DNA from: Macrostomum lignano
Lineage: Eukaryota
Length of the DNA stretch: 64,000 nucleotides
Direction: 5' to 3'
Assembly: GCA_002269645.1 (NCBI GenBank)
Contig: NIVC01001000.1
Coordinates: 1 to 64,000 of the forward strand
The stretch's first letter is position 1, and each line of letters opens with the position of its first letter. A program made the position numbers and the translations under genes. The notes under the pieces are model-generated. The model saw nothing but the letters and a program-made list of their open reading frames with translations. It was not told the origin of the DNA and ran no database searches. Below are positions 38,615-50,641 of the stretch, piece after piece.

Positions 38615-40485
38615 TTAAGGTTTGCAACTTTTTATATGATAGAATTTCCCCGGACAATGCGACGCGTTCACTATTTTTGTTGTTATGGAATTTTGACATC
38701 GTCGAATGCGATAGATTTGCTTTGTCCACGGGTTCTCGCGGCACAGCGTCCAAAGCCCCCAGCTGGTCCAGGCGACTGAAAGTTCAACGTGTCATTGGGG
38801 GTGTCAGGAGCGTCACATTGGTTGTCAGGAGCGTCACACTGGGGGTGTCAGGAGCGTCACACTCGGGGTGTCAGGAGCGTCACACTGGGTGTGTCAGGAG
38901 CGTCACATTGAGTATGTCAGCAGCGTCATATTGAGTGTGTCAGGGGCGTCAAACACTGGGGGTATCAGGAGCGTCACATTGGTTGTCAGGAGCGTCACAC
39001 TGGGGGTGTCAGGAGCGTCACACTGGGGGTGTCAGGAGCGTCACACTGGGTGTGTCAGGAGCGTCACATTGAGTATGTCAGCAGCGTCATATTGAGTGTG
39101 TCAGGGGCGTCAAACACTGGGGGTATCAGGAGCGTCACATTGGTTGTCAGGAGCGTCACACTGGGGGTGTCAGGAGCGTCACACTGGGGGTGTCAGGAGC
39201 GTCACACTGGGGGTGTCAGGAGCGTCACATTGGGTGTGCCGGTGTGCAGGATGATTAACGGTATGAGTTGAAGACTAATTATCTGGCAAGCAAAAGTCAA
39301 TAAAATTGGGATGACAACACTTACAAGTACTATTTTGTGTAGAATGGCCTTCTGCGGGCAAAGTATAACGAAAACAATATATTAGGATTTTTTAGAATCG
39401 ACATGCATCACCAATCTATATAATTTTCTAGTTCGTTAGGTTATATAGCATCGCAGATTTGTACCTCATTGTGTTCAAACTTAGTCTAATAGAAGAAAAA
39501 TAATTTTAATTTGGCTTCAAGTTGAAATTATTGATATCTATCATTTAAATCGAAGACAACTGTAGAGTCGAAGACCACGCACTTCAAGTAACAATAAAAG
39601 GCTCAAACATCCTTACTCTTATGTCCATTGTTCGCATCACACGTGTCCGCTGTCCATTTGCACTTCCGTGTGTCCACAGCGGCTGGACTACCATAGTATG
39701 TTAAACGGCGACTGAAAAATTAGTATAGGACTCGATAATGAAGGAAAGCAGTAAACGCGTCAGACTGTCGCGGCCATGTTCAAATTGGCCGCCGGGAGGT
39801 TGTCTTGCGATTTACACAAGCATCCAAGCTTGCACAGTGAGCGTTTCATTTCTGTTCAAGGATCTATTAGACCACGACAATGGTCTAATTACTAATGATT
39901 TTTTTACAAAGCTTGGGCCTTCAAGCAAAGAGAAGATCAAGCTCAAAGTGAACTGTTTTGTCCTCCTACTAACAAAGAGTCAACTGTGATGAAGATATTG
40001 ACTCTGCAATGCTGTACCGAGTAAGTGACGAAAATGCGACGGAAATTCCGCGAGGTCGTCCACCTGGTTCTCGACGTTCCCGAGGTACATTAATATCTGC
40101 TCCCATGACAGAAGTATTTTGCCATGTTTTTGTTGCTGTATTTGACAAAAAACCTACGAGTTGCAAGGAGTTCAGTTAAAATTAGGAGCACTCACCGGAT
40201 TTGGATGCCTGTCTGCTCGGAGCAGGTAGCGCTGCAGTTGCCCCAAGGGGTCCATTCAAATCTGCTAGAATTGCCGGTAACGCAAAACAGGCCTCTCTGC
40301 AGTACAATGCACGGCACGTTGACTAAGAGAAATATCAGCATAATTAGGGACCCTATCAGAACGATTATGACAGGAAATTTATCTACAGATGACTTTGTTA
40401 TAACCGGAGTCGAAGTTAAATTTGAACTCTTTTCGTGTTCGTTTAGACTACCAGATCCTTGATGATGATGATTCTGTGGCTGCAT
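38615..40485 (-). CDS. Cluster gene g6: type II membrane protein, TM-TSRx2
   Basis: Exons 40485-40196, 39711-39617, 38775-38615 (TAA); phases 2,1. TM VIIVLIGSLIMLIFLLVNVP then CIVLQRGLFC; TSRs WTPWGNCSATC and WTSWGLWTLC. Confidence 0.82.
38795..39235. repeat. 23-bp minisatellite gggggtgtcaggagcgtcacact with 161-bp higher-order repeat, in g6 intron 2
   Basis: Variant units recur at 161-bp offset (ORFs at 38868 and 39029 start identically). Confidence 0.92.
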
Positions 40486-40877
40486 GCTTGCTGTGTACGA
40501 TGCAATTGCGTTTGAAGTCTGGTAGAGTGAGTCCTAATGGCCTGAATTTCGATATCTAGTTTTTGTTAAACTAAATACTGCCATTAAAGTGGTGGCGATC
40601 TCTATGGTAAAGAGAGTTGGTGTTGTAAGAGTTTCTAACTTTAGAAATCGATACACACAGCCCATCCATATACGATGCATATACGAGCGTACGAGTGCAT
40701 TAGGCAACCGTGCTAAGCTTTTTATATACTTTAAGCTATTTTTTATATAAAAATAAAAAGGTTCTGTTTTTGAGAAAATCTCAACGTGAAAAAAGCTTCT
40801 GGTTTTGTTTATGTCGGGTTTGTAAGGTTTTGGCCATAGACAACAAGTTCGGAACATACATTAAGGGGGGGAGAGAA

Positions 40878-41124
40878 GTGACATTGTCGCACAACCGACG
40901 AGAGGCATTACTGCCCATTCCGCCGACTCCCTCTGAGCAGGCACACAAGCGCGCGGATACGTACCCAGTCATACATCGCACAGGCACACACACACACACA
41001 CACACACAGGAGTGCACAGCGGCCCAAACTTTTTTTTCATGTTAGACATGTACACTTCACTGTGTCTTGGGGGTTGGCCTTCAATGGCGTTAATTGCACG
41101 AGCAGAGCCAAGCCGAGATTCCGA
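40878..41124 (-). mobile_element. SINE family B copy (partial)
   Basis: Body matches the other copies; head missing. Confidence 0.8.
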
Positions 41125-41811
41125 CATAACGACATGTAGTAGCGATGTCTGCATGCTTAAAATTCCTGAAATTGTTTCTCTAGCTACCATTTGCAAATTC
41201 TGCTAAACTTCTCAGAAATTGCCGAGAGAAACAGAAGCAATTTTATACGTCTATCGGATTCCAAAAAAGCAAGTTTCTGAATAAAAAGTATATAATTTAC
41301 TTTTTAAAGCGAGCAAGGTTTCAATAAAAAAAGTTAATTACTGGAAACTCCAGACTTTTAAAAAACGTTCAATCATGTTTTTGTACAGGAAATTAAACGC
41401 CAAGAGTTCAAGAGACACAAGAAGTTAAATTCTGTATCGAAAAGAATTCGGTATAACTTCTAGTGGTCTTTGACCCAAGCATACACTGAATATGGTAAGT
41501 CTGTTCTCAATGAGTCATACTCAGCAACACTGAAAAGCCGCCACTCTATGCGCCAGTGAGCATTTTCTCTTGGACTGTTCTGAAATAAAAGACGCGAGAA
41601 AACTGATCGGGGTAGCTTTAATCCGTCCAAACCTCACACACCGCTCCCTTCACTTCATTCCTCAACTCAAGTCTGCCGAGGGCCGAGGCGTAGCTAAGTT
41701 GCGTCACTTGCAAAGATTGAGAGATTTTACCTGCACTCTCAAAAGTGGCGACCACAGACGGAATCTTCTGTGATGGCGACTTTTCCATGTTGCTGGGTAA
41801 ATTTGTTATTA

Positions 41812-42090
41812 GAGGCAGGGGTTGTGTGCACCCTGGCGCACTTTAAGCGACATTGTCACACACAACCGGCGAGAGGCATTGCTGACATTCTGCCGACTCC
41901 CCTGAGCAGGCACACACTCACACAGGAGTGTACAGCGGCCCCAACTTTATATTATCGTTAGGCATGTACACTTCACTGTGCCTTGGGGGTTGGCCATCAA
42001 GGCCGTTAATTACGCGAGCCGAGCCAAGCCGAGATTCCAATTTAGCCCCGAAATTAATTTGACTGCACTTGAAAATGAGCCTGGGCCGCT
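41812..42090 (-). mobile_element. SINE family B copy
   Basis: Body matches the other copies. Confidence 0.82.
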
Positions 42091-42633
42091 TAGCAGATTG
42101 TACACACTCGGCTACCTACAAAGCAGCAGTCAACTACAAACGCTCAAATCACGGCACTGATGTACAAAAGCTGGCTTTAATGTGGAAGTATATTTTGCAA
42201 AGTAGGCCATGCATGTCAGGCATGGTGTTGAACTAATTTCTGTACGATATTAACTCTTTTTTTTAAGACAAGATTATTTCACCACAGTCTTAAGCCTGCT
42301 AGCGATAGTAATACTAGATGCTTTTATGCTGGTTAAAGCAATAAAGATAACCAATGCAAATATACTACTGCAGTTCAAATTATTCTTATACTTATAACTG
42401 TGACTGCAGGAGCCACTTTTCGGCTTGGCCGCTTTCTCGCTTATCTTGATAACTTCCCCACAGGGCTTCAACGCACAAGCAACCCATGCCAGACCCTGTT
42501 TTGTTTACCTACCTGGAAGAAAGACGCAAATACAGGCCTATATAACTGCAATATTGTGCCTCTGATATTTAAGTTAAACATTAAAACTAACCATTGGTAG
42601 ATCTATCAGATCGCCGCCGAAGTTTTTCGACAA

Positions 42634-45600
42634 ATGAATCGTCACCTTGCAGCGGCAGTGTCGGTCTTGGTGCTGACAATTTCGCTGTGCCGAATCGGTA
42701 GCGCCTGTTTCGGTGGTCAACGAAAGACAGCTCGAGTCGATGAGAATCCTAAGACAGACTGGTCCGGCTGGAGTAAGTGCAGTCTGGCCTGCGGCGATGG
42801 CAAGCAGACTCGGTGAGTGCTCCTTTACTCGCCCCGGTTCCTTTCAATTTTAATTGCCCTCTTTGAAGTAGCTTTCGCGCCCCCTTGCAGTAGCTTTGGC
42901 GCCCCCTTGCAGTAGCTTTGGCGCCCCCTTGCAGTAGCTTTGGCGCCCCGTTGCAGTAGCTTTGGCGCCCCCTTGCAGTAGCTTTGGCGCCCCCTGCAGT
43001 AGCCTTGGCGCCCCCTTGCAGTAGCTTTGGCGCCGGTGCAGTAGCTTTGGCGCCCCTTGCAGTAGCTTTGGCGCTCCCTTGCGGTAGCTTTGGCGCCCCC
43101 TTGCAGTAGCTTTGGCGCCCCCTTGCAGTAGCTTTGGCGCTCCCTTGCAGTAGCTTTGGCGCCCCCTTGCAGTAGCTTTGGCGCCCCCTTGCAGTAGCTT
43201 TGGCGCCCCCTGCAGTAGCTTTGGCGCCCCTTGCAGTAGCTTTGGCGCCCTCTTGCAGTAGCTTTGGCGCCCCCTTGCAGTAGCTTTGGCGCTCCCTTGC
43301 AGTAGCTTTGGCGCTCCCTTGCAGTAGCTTTGGCGCTCCCTTGCAGTAGCTTTGGCGCCCCTTGCAGTAGCTTTGGCGCTCCCTTGCGGTAGCTTTGGCG
43401 CCCCCTTGCAGTAGCTTTGGCGCCCCCTTGCAGTAGCTTTGGCGCTCCCTTACAGTAGCTTTGGCGCCCCCTTGCAGTAGCTTTGGCGCTCCCTTGCAGT
43501 AGCTTTGGCGCCCCCTTGCAGTAGCTTTGGCGCCCCCTTGCAGTAGCTTTGGCGCTCCCTTGCAGTAGCTTTGGCGCCCCCTTGCAGTAGCTTTGGCGCT
43601 CCCTTGCAGTAGCTTTGGCGCTCCCTTGCAGTAGCTTTGGCGCCCCTTGCAGTAGCTTTGGCGCTCCCTTGCGGTAGCTTTGGCGCCCCCTTGCAGTAGC
43701 TTTAGCGCCCCTTGCAGTAGCTTTGGCGCCCCTTGCAGTAGCTTTGGCGCCCCTTGCAGTAGCTTTGGCGCCCTCTTGCAGTAGCTTTGGCGCCCCCTTG
43801 CAGTAGCTTTGGCGCCCCCTTGCAGTAGCTTTGGCGCTCCCTTGCAGTAGCTTTGGCGCCCCCTTGCAGTAGCTTTGGCGCCCCTTGCAGTAGCTTTGGC
43901 GCCCCTTGCAGTAGCTTTGGCGCCCCTTGCAGTAGCTTTGGCGCCCCTTGCAGTAGCTTTGGCGCCCTCTTGCAGTAGCTTTAGCGCCCCTTGCAGTAGC
44001 TTTGGTGCCCCCCCCCCTTGCAGTAGCTTTAGCGCCCCTTGCAGTAGCTTTGGTGCCCCCCCCCCTTGCAGTAGCTTTAGCGCCCCTTGCAGTAGCTTTG
44101 GCGCCCCTTGCAGTAGCTTTGGTGCCCCCCCTTGCAGTAGCTTTAGCGCCCCTTGCAGTAGCTTTGGCGCCCCCTTGCAGTAGCTTTGGCGCCCCCTTGC
44201 AGTAGCTTTGGCGCTCCCTTGCAGTAGCTTTAGCGCTCCCTTGCAGTAGCTTTGGCGCCCCTTGCAGTAGCATTGGCGCTTCCTTGCGGTAGCTTTGGCG
44301 CCCCCTTGCAGTAGCTTTGGCGCCCCCTTGCAGTAGCTTTGGCGCTCCCTTGCAGTAGCTTTGGCGCCCCCTTGCAGTAGCTTTGGCGCTCCCTTGCAGT
44401 AGCTTTGGCGCCCCCTTGCAGTAGCTTTGGCGCTCCCTTGCAGTAGCTTTGGCGCCCCTTGCAGTAGCTTTGGCGCCCCTTGCAGTAGCTTTGGCGCCCC
44501 CTTGCAGTAGCTTTAGCGCCCCTTGCAGTAGCTTTGGCGCCCCTTGCAGTAGCTTCGGTGCCCCCCCCTTGCAGTAGCTTTAGCGCCCCTTGCAGTAGCT
44601 TTGGCGCCCCTTGCAGTAGCTTTGGTGCCCCCCCCCTTGCAGTAGCTTTGGCGCCCCCTTGCAGTAGCTTTAGCGCCCCTTGCAGTAGCTTTGGCGCCCC
44701 TTGCAGTAGCTTCGGTGCCCCCCCTTGCAGTAGCTTTAGTGCCCCTTGCAGTAGCTTTGGCGCCCCTTGCAGTAGCTTTGGTGCCCCCCCCCCCTTGCAG
44801 TAGCTTTAGCGCCCCTTGCAGTAGCTTTGGTATGTAAAGTAGTTTACTGCAAAGTTACTCAAGCGTCTACGTGTTAATCTCATTAAATTTCTGATGCACT
44901 TTCAGGTTCAGATCAAGCGTACTGAATCCGTCGGAGAAGGAGGTGGAAAGTCGCTCCTGCGGCACACCTTGCGAAGGTATGCGCTGATCGGGTTGAACAA
45001 CTCATTGGGGAGATGCAGACCAGAAGAAATTGTAGCAGAGCTGCGGCCACCCTAACCCTGACCCAATTGGGCCAGATGTGCAACCGACAGCTCAGCCGCA
45101 GCTATTGCACGGCGCATCTGAAGGCTGCGTACGGCTGTTCAGTCCAAGGACTGGGGGGGGGGTCGCCACACACACCCTTAATTACCCCAGCTAATGCTGG
45201 CACCCATTTACAGCTGGAAGAACTGAAGCAATGCAGAGTAAAGTGTCTTGCTCAAGGACACAATTTTTTTAGTGGGATCGGGAATCGAACCCCCGACCTT
45301 CAAGTCGTGAGTCTGACGCTCTGACCACTAGGCTACGACCCCTTGTTATTGAGAAGTGAATAAAGAAAAATTGTTACTATTAACTAGTTTAATAGTTTAT
45401 TACTCCGACTTGGGTATTCACTATTGACGCCAACAGAGACCTACCATTGGTCGGCCTGGAAGGCCTGGTCAGAATGCTCGGCCACCTGCGGTAATCAGGG
45501 CGTTGCCAATCGCAACCGGGAGTGCCTGCGCGACTCGGACATGCGTCCGGCCGGCCAAAAAACATTACTGTGCCCGGGCGAATGGTTGGAAACTCGGGCG

Positions 45601-46521
45601 TGCAATCAGATTGAGTGTCCGCGTGAGTAAAAACTGAAAAAGTAACGAAATGCCCTGTTTGTACTGCTTATGAGTAGAGCATAAGAAATATGTTGTCTCA
45701 CTGCATAAAACAGTTTCATAAAAATGTTGCTCGACAAGTCCAGTGGACTCCTGGAATTCCCGTACACCCCAAACGTATTTAAGTTGATTTTCCTAGAAAG
45801 CACTATTAGTTGAAAATGTGGTTTCTTAGAAATAACCAATAATTCAAATTATATTTGCTTAGAGACGACCCAACAATGCAGATTATAGTTTATTAAAAAG
45901 GACCCAAAGAATTCAATTTATTGTTTCCTAGAAATCACTCAAGTAAAATAATAGTTTCTTAAAAATCACTCCAGTCAAAGAATAGTTTCTTAGAAATGAC
46001 CCAACAGTTCAATTTATAGTTTATTAAAAATCGCTCAAGTCAAATAATTTTTTCTTTGAAAAATCACCCAACAAGTCAAATTATAGTTTATTTGAAGTGA
46101 TTCAAGTCAAACTGTGGTATATTCGAAATCACCCAACAAGTGAGAACATGGCTTTTTAGAATCCTTAAACGAGTTTAAGTATAATTTTTTAAATAATCCA
46201 ACGAATGTAGCGTTGAGTAGGAGGTACCAGCAGTGTTTGAAATAAGATCTACTCAAAGTTTAGTCGCATATGTAAATTGTAGCTTTGTATTATATTTGCT
46301 ATTTATATTTCTTTGCTCAGCTGTGGTGCAATGGACTCGTTGGTCCAGCTGGAGCGATTGCACAAAGACCTGCGGCTCCGGTGGTCTGCAGACACGCAGT
46401 CGCGAGTGCCTCACGTCGAAGTTGAAGCCGGCGCCAGATACGATGACGAACTGCAGCTCAAATGAAACTGGCCAACAGAGCCAAAGCTGCAACGAAGCTG
46501 TGCCCTGTCCCAGTTTGCCAG
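42634..46521 (+). CDS. Cluster gene g7, exons 1-4: signal peptide-TSRx3 (3' end open)
   Basis: Exons 42634-42812, 44906-44976, 45437-45622, 46321-46521; phases 2,1,1,1. MNRHLAAAVSVLVLTISLCRIGSA signal peptide; same split first TSR (KQTR|FRSS) as g1-g6. Confidence 0.8.
42857..44830. repeat. 22-23-bp satellite gcagtagctttggcgcccc(c)tt in g7 intron 1
   Basis: About 87 variant copies; source of the AKATAR/QSYCKG ORFs. Confidence 0.97.
45059..45342 (-). mobile_element. SINE family A copy (g7 intron 2)
   Basis: Reverse complement of 22493-22809. Confidence 0.85.
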
Positions 46522-46624
46522 GTGAGTTTCTTTATGCATTTACAATTATTTCTTGCTAAATGACGTTTGAAAATTACAGATAAGTTTGTCGGCCTAGTCT
46601 GCAGTGTGGTTTTGGGTTAACTAG

Positions 46625-48180
46625 CCCCTTGGTGCTGGCGCCCCTTGGTGCTGGCGCCCCTGGGTGCTGGCGCCCCTTGGTGCTGGCGCCCCTTGGTGCT
46701 GGCGCCCCTTGGTGCTGGCGCCCCTTGGTGCTGGCGCCCCTGGGTGCTGGCGCCCCTTGGTGCTGGCGCCCCTTGGTGCTGGCGCCCCTTGGTGCTGGCG
46801 CCCCTTGGTGCTGGCGCCCCTTGGTGCTGGCGCCCCTTGGTGCTGGCGCCCCTTGGTGCTGGCGCCCCTTGGTGCTGGCGCCCCTTGGTGCTGGCGCCCC
46901 TTGGTGCTGGCGCCCCTTGGTGCTAAAGCCCCTTGGTGCTAAAGCCCCTTGGTGCTAAAGCCCCTTGGTGCTAAAGCCCCTTGGTGCTAAAGCCCCTTGG
47001 TGCTAAAGCCCCTTGGTGCTAAAGCCCCTTGGTGCTAAAGCCCCTTGGTGCTAAAGCCCCTTGGTGCTAAAGCCCCTTGGTGCTAAAGCCCCTTGGTGCA
47101 AAAGCCCCTTGGTGCTGGCGCCCCTTGGTGCTAAAGCCCCTTGGTGCTAAAGCCCCTTGGTGCTAAAGCCCCTTGGTGCTAAAGCCCCTTGGTGCTAAAG
47201 CCCCTTGGTGCTAAAGCCCCTTGGTGCTAAAGCCCCTTGGTGCTAAAGCCCCTTGGTGCTGGCGCCCCTTGGTGCTGGCGCCCCTTGGTGCTGGCGCCCC
47301 TTGGTGCTAAAGCCCCTTGGTGCTAAAGCCCCTTGGTGCTGGCGCCCCTTGGTGCTGGCGCCCCTTGGTGCTAAAGCCCCTTGGTGCTGGCGCCCCTTGG
47401 TGCTGGCGCCCCTTGGTGCTGGCGCCCCTTGGCCTCTTGGTGCTGGCGCCCCTTGGCCTCTTGGTGCTGGCGCCCCTTGGCCTCTTGGTGCTGGCGCCCC
47501 TTGGCCCCTTGGTGCTAAAGCCCCTTGGTGCTAAAGCCCCTTGGTGCTAAAGCCCCTTGGTGCTAAAGCCCCTTGGTGCTAAAGCCCCTTGGTGCTAAAG
47601 CCCCTTGGTGCTAAAGCCCCTTGGTGCTAAAGCCCCTTGGTGCTAAAGCCCCTTGGTGCTAAAGCCCCTTGGTGCTAAAGCCCCTTGGTGCTAAAGCCCC
47701 TTGGTGCTAAAGCCCCTTGGTGCTAAAGCCCCTTGGTGCTAAAGCCCCTTGGTGCTAAAGCCCCTTGGTGCTAAAGCCCCTTGGTGCTAAAGCCCCTTGG
47801 TGCTAAAGCCCCTTGGTGCTAAAGCCCCTTGGTGCTAAAGCCCCTTGGTGCTAAAGCCCCTTGGTGCTAAAGCCCCTTGGTGCTAAAGCCCCTTGGTGCT
47901 AAAGCCCCTTGGTGCTAAAGCCCCTTGGTGCTAAAGCCCCTTGGTGCTAAAGCCCCTTGGTGCTAAAGCCCCTTGGTGCTAAAGCCCCTTGGTGCTAAAG
48001 CCCCTTGGTGCTAAAGCCCCTTGGTGCTAAAGCCCCTTGGTGCTAAAGCCCCTTGGTGCTAAAGCCCCTTGGTGCTAAAGCCCCTTGGTGCTAAAGCCCC
48101 TTGGTGCTAAAGCCCCTTGGTGCTAAAGCCCCTTGGTGCTAAAGCCCCTTGGTGCTAAAGCCCCTTGGTGCTAAAGCCCC
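46625..48180. repeat. 16-bp satellite, GGTGCTGGCGCCCCTT and GGTGCTAAAGCCCCTT variants (~97 units)
   Basis: Same family as 11421-13137. Confidence 0.98.
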
Positions 48181-48635
48181 AAATATAACCAAACCAAAAA
48201 TATGTTTTTTACCAGATTAAATTTTGTTTAAAAAGTCTTTCATGTATCTCTCGCAACTCAATGTCGACTCGAGGTCGACTTAATGCAACGTTTCTAACTA
48301 CGACTTGAATGAATACAGTACGACGCCTAAAAAGTAACTGCATGTATGAAGTCATCCTAGTACGAGGGTCACGTGAGTTGCAGAATCGTGCAAGACCAAC
48401 CATGGGCAACTTACTGTTTGTCCCAACTTTTTTACGACATGTACAGCGAAAATTTGTCCATCTGATTTTATTTGGAATTCTTTATGCTTATTGTCTAACG
48501 AAAGTAATCTGCAGCAAGCAATTGCCCCTCCAATTGGACAAACTTTATGGACCAATAATGAGCGATTTGGCGTCCCAATAAAAAGCTAGACATCTCAATA
48601 ACAAGTCTCGTCACCGTGGGCCAAATAGGTTTGCA

Positions 48636-49409
48636 ATGAAGCTACGCTTCGGCCTAGAAGTATTGCTGAAGCTGCAGTGCCTACTCATCTCGGTGACGGC
48701 TGGCAGCAGCCAGTGCTCATCGCAGCAGGCATTCACAGCCGTGAACGCCAGCCTGTGCATCGGCAGCGAGTTCACGGAGACGCCCCTGGGCAGCAGCGCG
48801 GCAGCATCGGAGCTCCTGTGCTCGCTGCTCTGCGCCAGCAGGCCCCGCTGCCAGGCCTTCAGCTTGGCCCGCGGCCCCTGCCAGCTGTTCGTGTTCGACA
48901 GGTGCAGCAAAGGCGTGCGGGACTGCAGCGCCAGCTGCTCGGCCTTCGGTCGGGTCTTCGTGAAGCAGCGGCCGGGCCTGCCGCCTGGAAAACTCTGCCC
49001 GCCTGAGTTCGATTCCCAGCGGTGCGGAGTTCGCTACCGGCTGGTGAACGGCACGGCTGGCTGGCACCGGGGCCGGCAGGTCTGCGCCTACCAGACCGGC
49101 CTCGTCATCATGGCCGACGTGCTGGACGCTGAGGAGCTGAGCTTCATCAGCTCCCAGTTCAGCGGCCTGAACATCTGGCTCGGCGGCCACCAGGAAGAGG
49201 GAAGTCCCGAGCCGGGCGGAGGGTGGCGGTGGCTGGACTGCGGGCTGGAGTTCGATCCCAGCCTGTGGGATTCAAGTGAACCAAATGACGGTGGAAATAT
49301 CGAGAACTACATTCTTCGCTACTCAAGAAAAACAGGTCTGGTAGACGCACCAGAGACGCTGTCTTTCCGAACGAATGCCCTGTGCGAGTGCTTCTCCCCA
49401 TTCGACTGA
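48636..49409 (+). CDS. PAN/apple + C-type lectin ORF (standalone secreted protein or terminal exon of g7)
   Basis: 257-aa ORF; CSLLCASRPRCQAFS, WLGG, WDSSEPND, CECFSPFD; colinear with the last exon of g1 (CECLSPFE). Has a possible signal peptide and also phase-1 acceptors at 48657, 48660 and 48738. Confidence 0.85.
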   Translation: MKLRFGLEVLLKLQCLLISVTAGSSQCSSQQAFTAVNASLCIGSEFTETPLGSSAAASELLCSLLCASRPRCQAFSLARGPCQLFVFDRCSKGVRDCSASCSAFGRVFVKQRPGLPPGKLCPPEFDSQRCGVRYRLVNGTAGWHRGRQVCAYQTGLVIMADVLDAEELSFISSQFSGLNIWLGGHQEEGSPEPGGGWRWLDCGLEFDPSLWDSSEPNDGGNIENYILRYSRKTGLVDAPETLSFRTNALCECFSPFD

Positions 49410-50239
49410 CCTTGAACTGACTAAGCAAGTAGCTACTTAACTAGAGAATAAACTATCTTCGATTGCAAAGCGACCGTAAAGTCTGTTAAAACAATTTTAT
49501 TAGATTCTTGGGAAAATATAACAACTCAAGTCGTTAAAAAGCAGCACCCAGAAATGCAAATTTTGACCATGGATGAGGAGTTCTATGCTTGCTTGACTTC
49601 AGTATCGCCGGAAAGACGCCGTGCTTCGTAGCAAATATGCATTTTGCAACATAATAAATTTCCCATTTTTTGCTTTTGATTGCCAATTTCCTCACCGCCA
49701 AAGCTTTCGACTGATGAAGCCACCTGTCGCAGATACATGTAAACTGGTCTGGTGGGTTTTAGTATAAAAACTGAAATATTATGTTCTGGCTAATGCATCT
49801 GCAATCGAAGCAAGCAAAAATTCGGTAAAAATAATAGCTATTTAAAGCTGAATTTACATTGTCATCCGTCAGTCTGCATGCAGGGGGGCTAATGGAACAA
49901 ACATTGAAAACTGTAGCTGAAATTTTTCATTCCTAGGTGCTATTCACACTGCACTATATTTGCATTGTTACCATGGTTACTAAAATATGATTGCTTACAC
50001 AGCGTCTGCATCTTTGAAAGCAGCAGAACATGCGTTAGATATGGTTTGAGCTAGAAACCTGGTATATGGAAAGGCGCTTGTGAAATTACTGGACTAAAAT
50101 GGAAGCCATTAGGATTTCAATACTCTCTGGGAAGTATTGCGCCTGTGCTTGCATTTATGGACTGCTTTCATGAAGCTACTTTACTCTAACTTTCCGAATA
50201 TTTAGTTACTTCGTCGAACAGTAACAGAAATATTTTCCC

Positions 50240-50565
50240 CAACAGTGTCCCAACACTGTCACAACAATGACAGAACAATGCCCTCAACAGTGTCCCAACA
50301 CTGTCACAACAATGACAGAACAATGCCCCAACAGTGTCCCAACACTGTCACAACAATGACAGAACAATGCCCTCAACAGTGTCCCAACACTGTCACAACA
50401 ATGACAGAACAATGCCCCAACAGTGTCCCAACACTGTCACAACAATGACAGAACAATGCCCTCAACAGTGTCCCAACACTGTCACAACAATGACAGAACA
50501 ATGCCCCAACAGTGTCCCAATACTGTCACAACAATGACAGAACAATGGCCTCAACAGTGTCCCAT
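50240..50565. repeat. 44/45-bp minisatellite (89-bp dimer)
   Basis: Unit aacagtgtcccaacactgtcacaacaatgacagaacaatgccc(c/tc). Confidence 0.93.
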
Positions 50566-50641
50566 CAAGCACTCATAAAAATCAACAATAACCGTCCTTG
50601 ATGCAGAGCACAGGCCAGTAACGGCAACATTTTCTTTTCAG

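Noticed and set aside
42274-42471. Minus-strand ORF with hydrophobic IFALVIFIALTSI as an eighth paralog
   Set aside because: Lacks the RGLFC motif and TSR half, and I found no downstream exons; could be a relic but unsupported.
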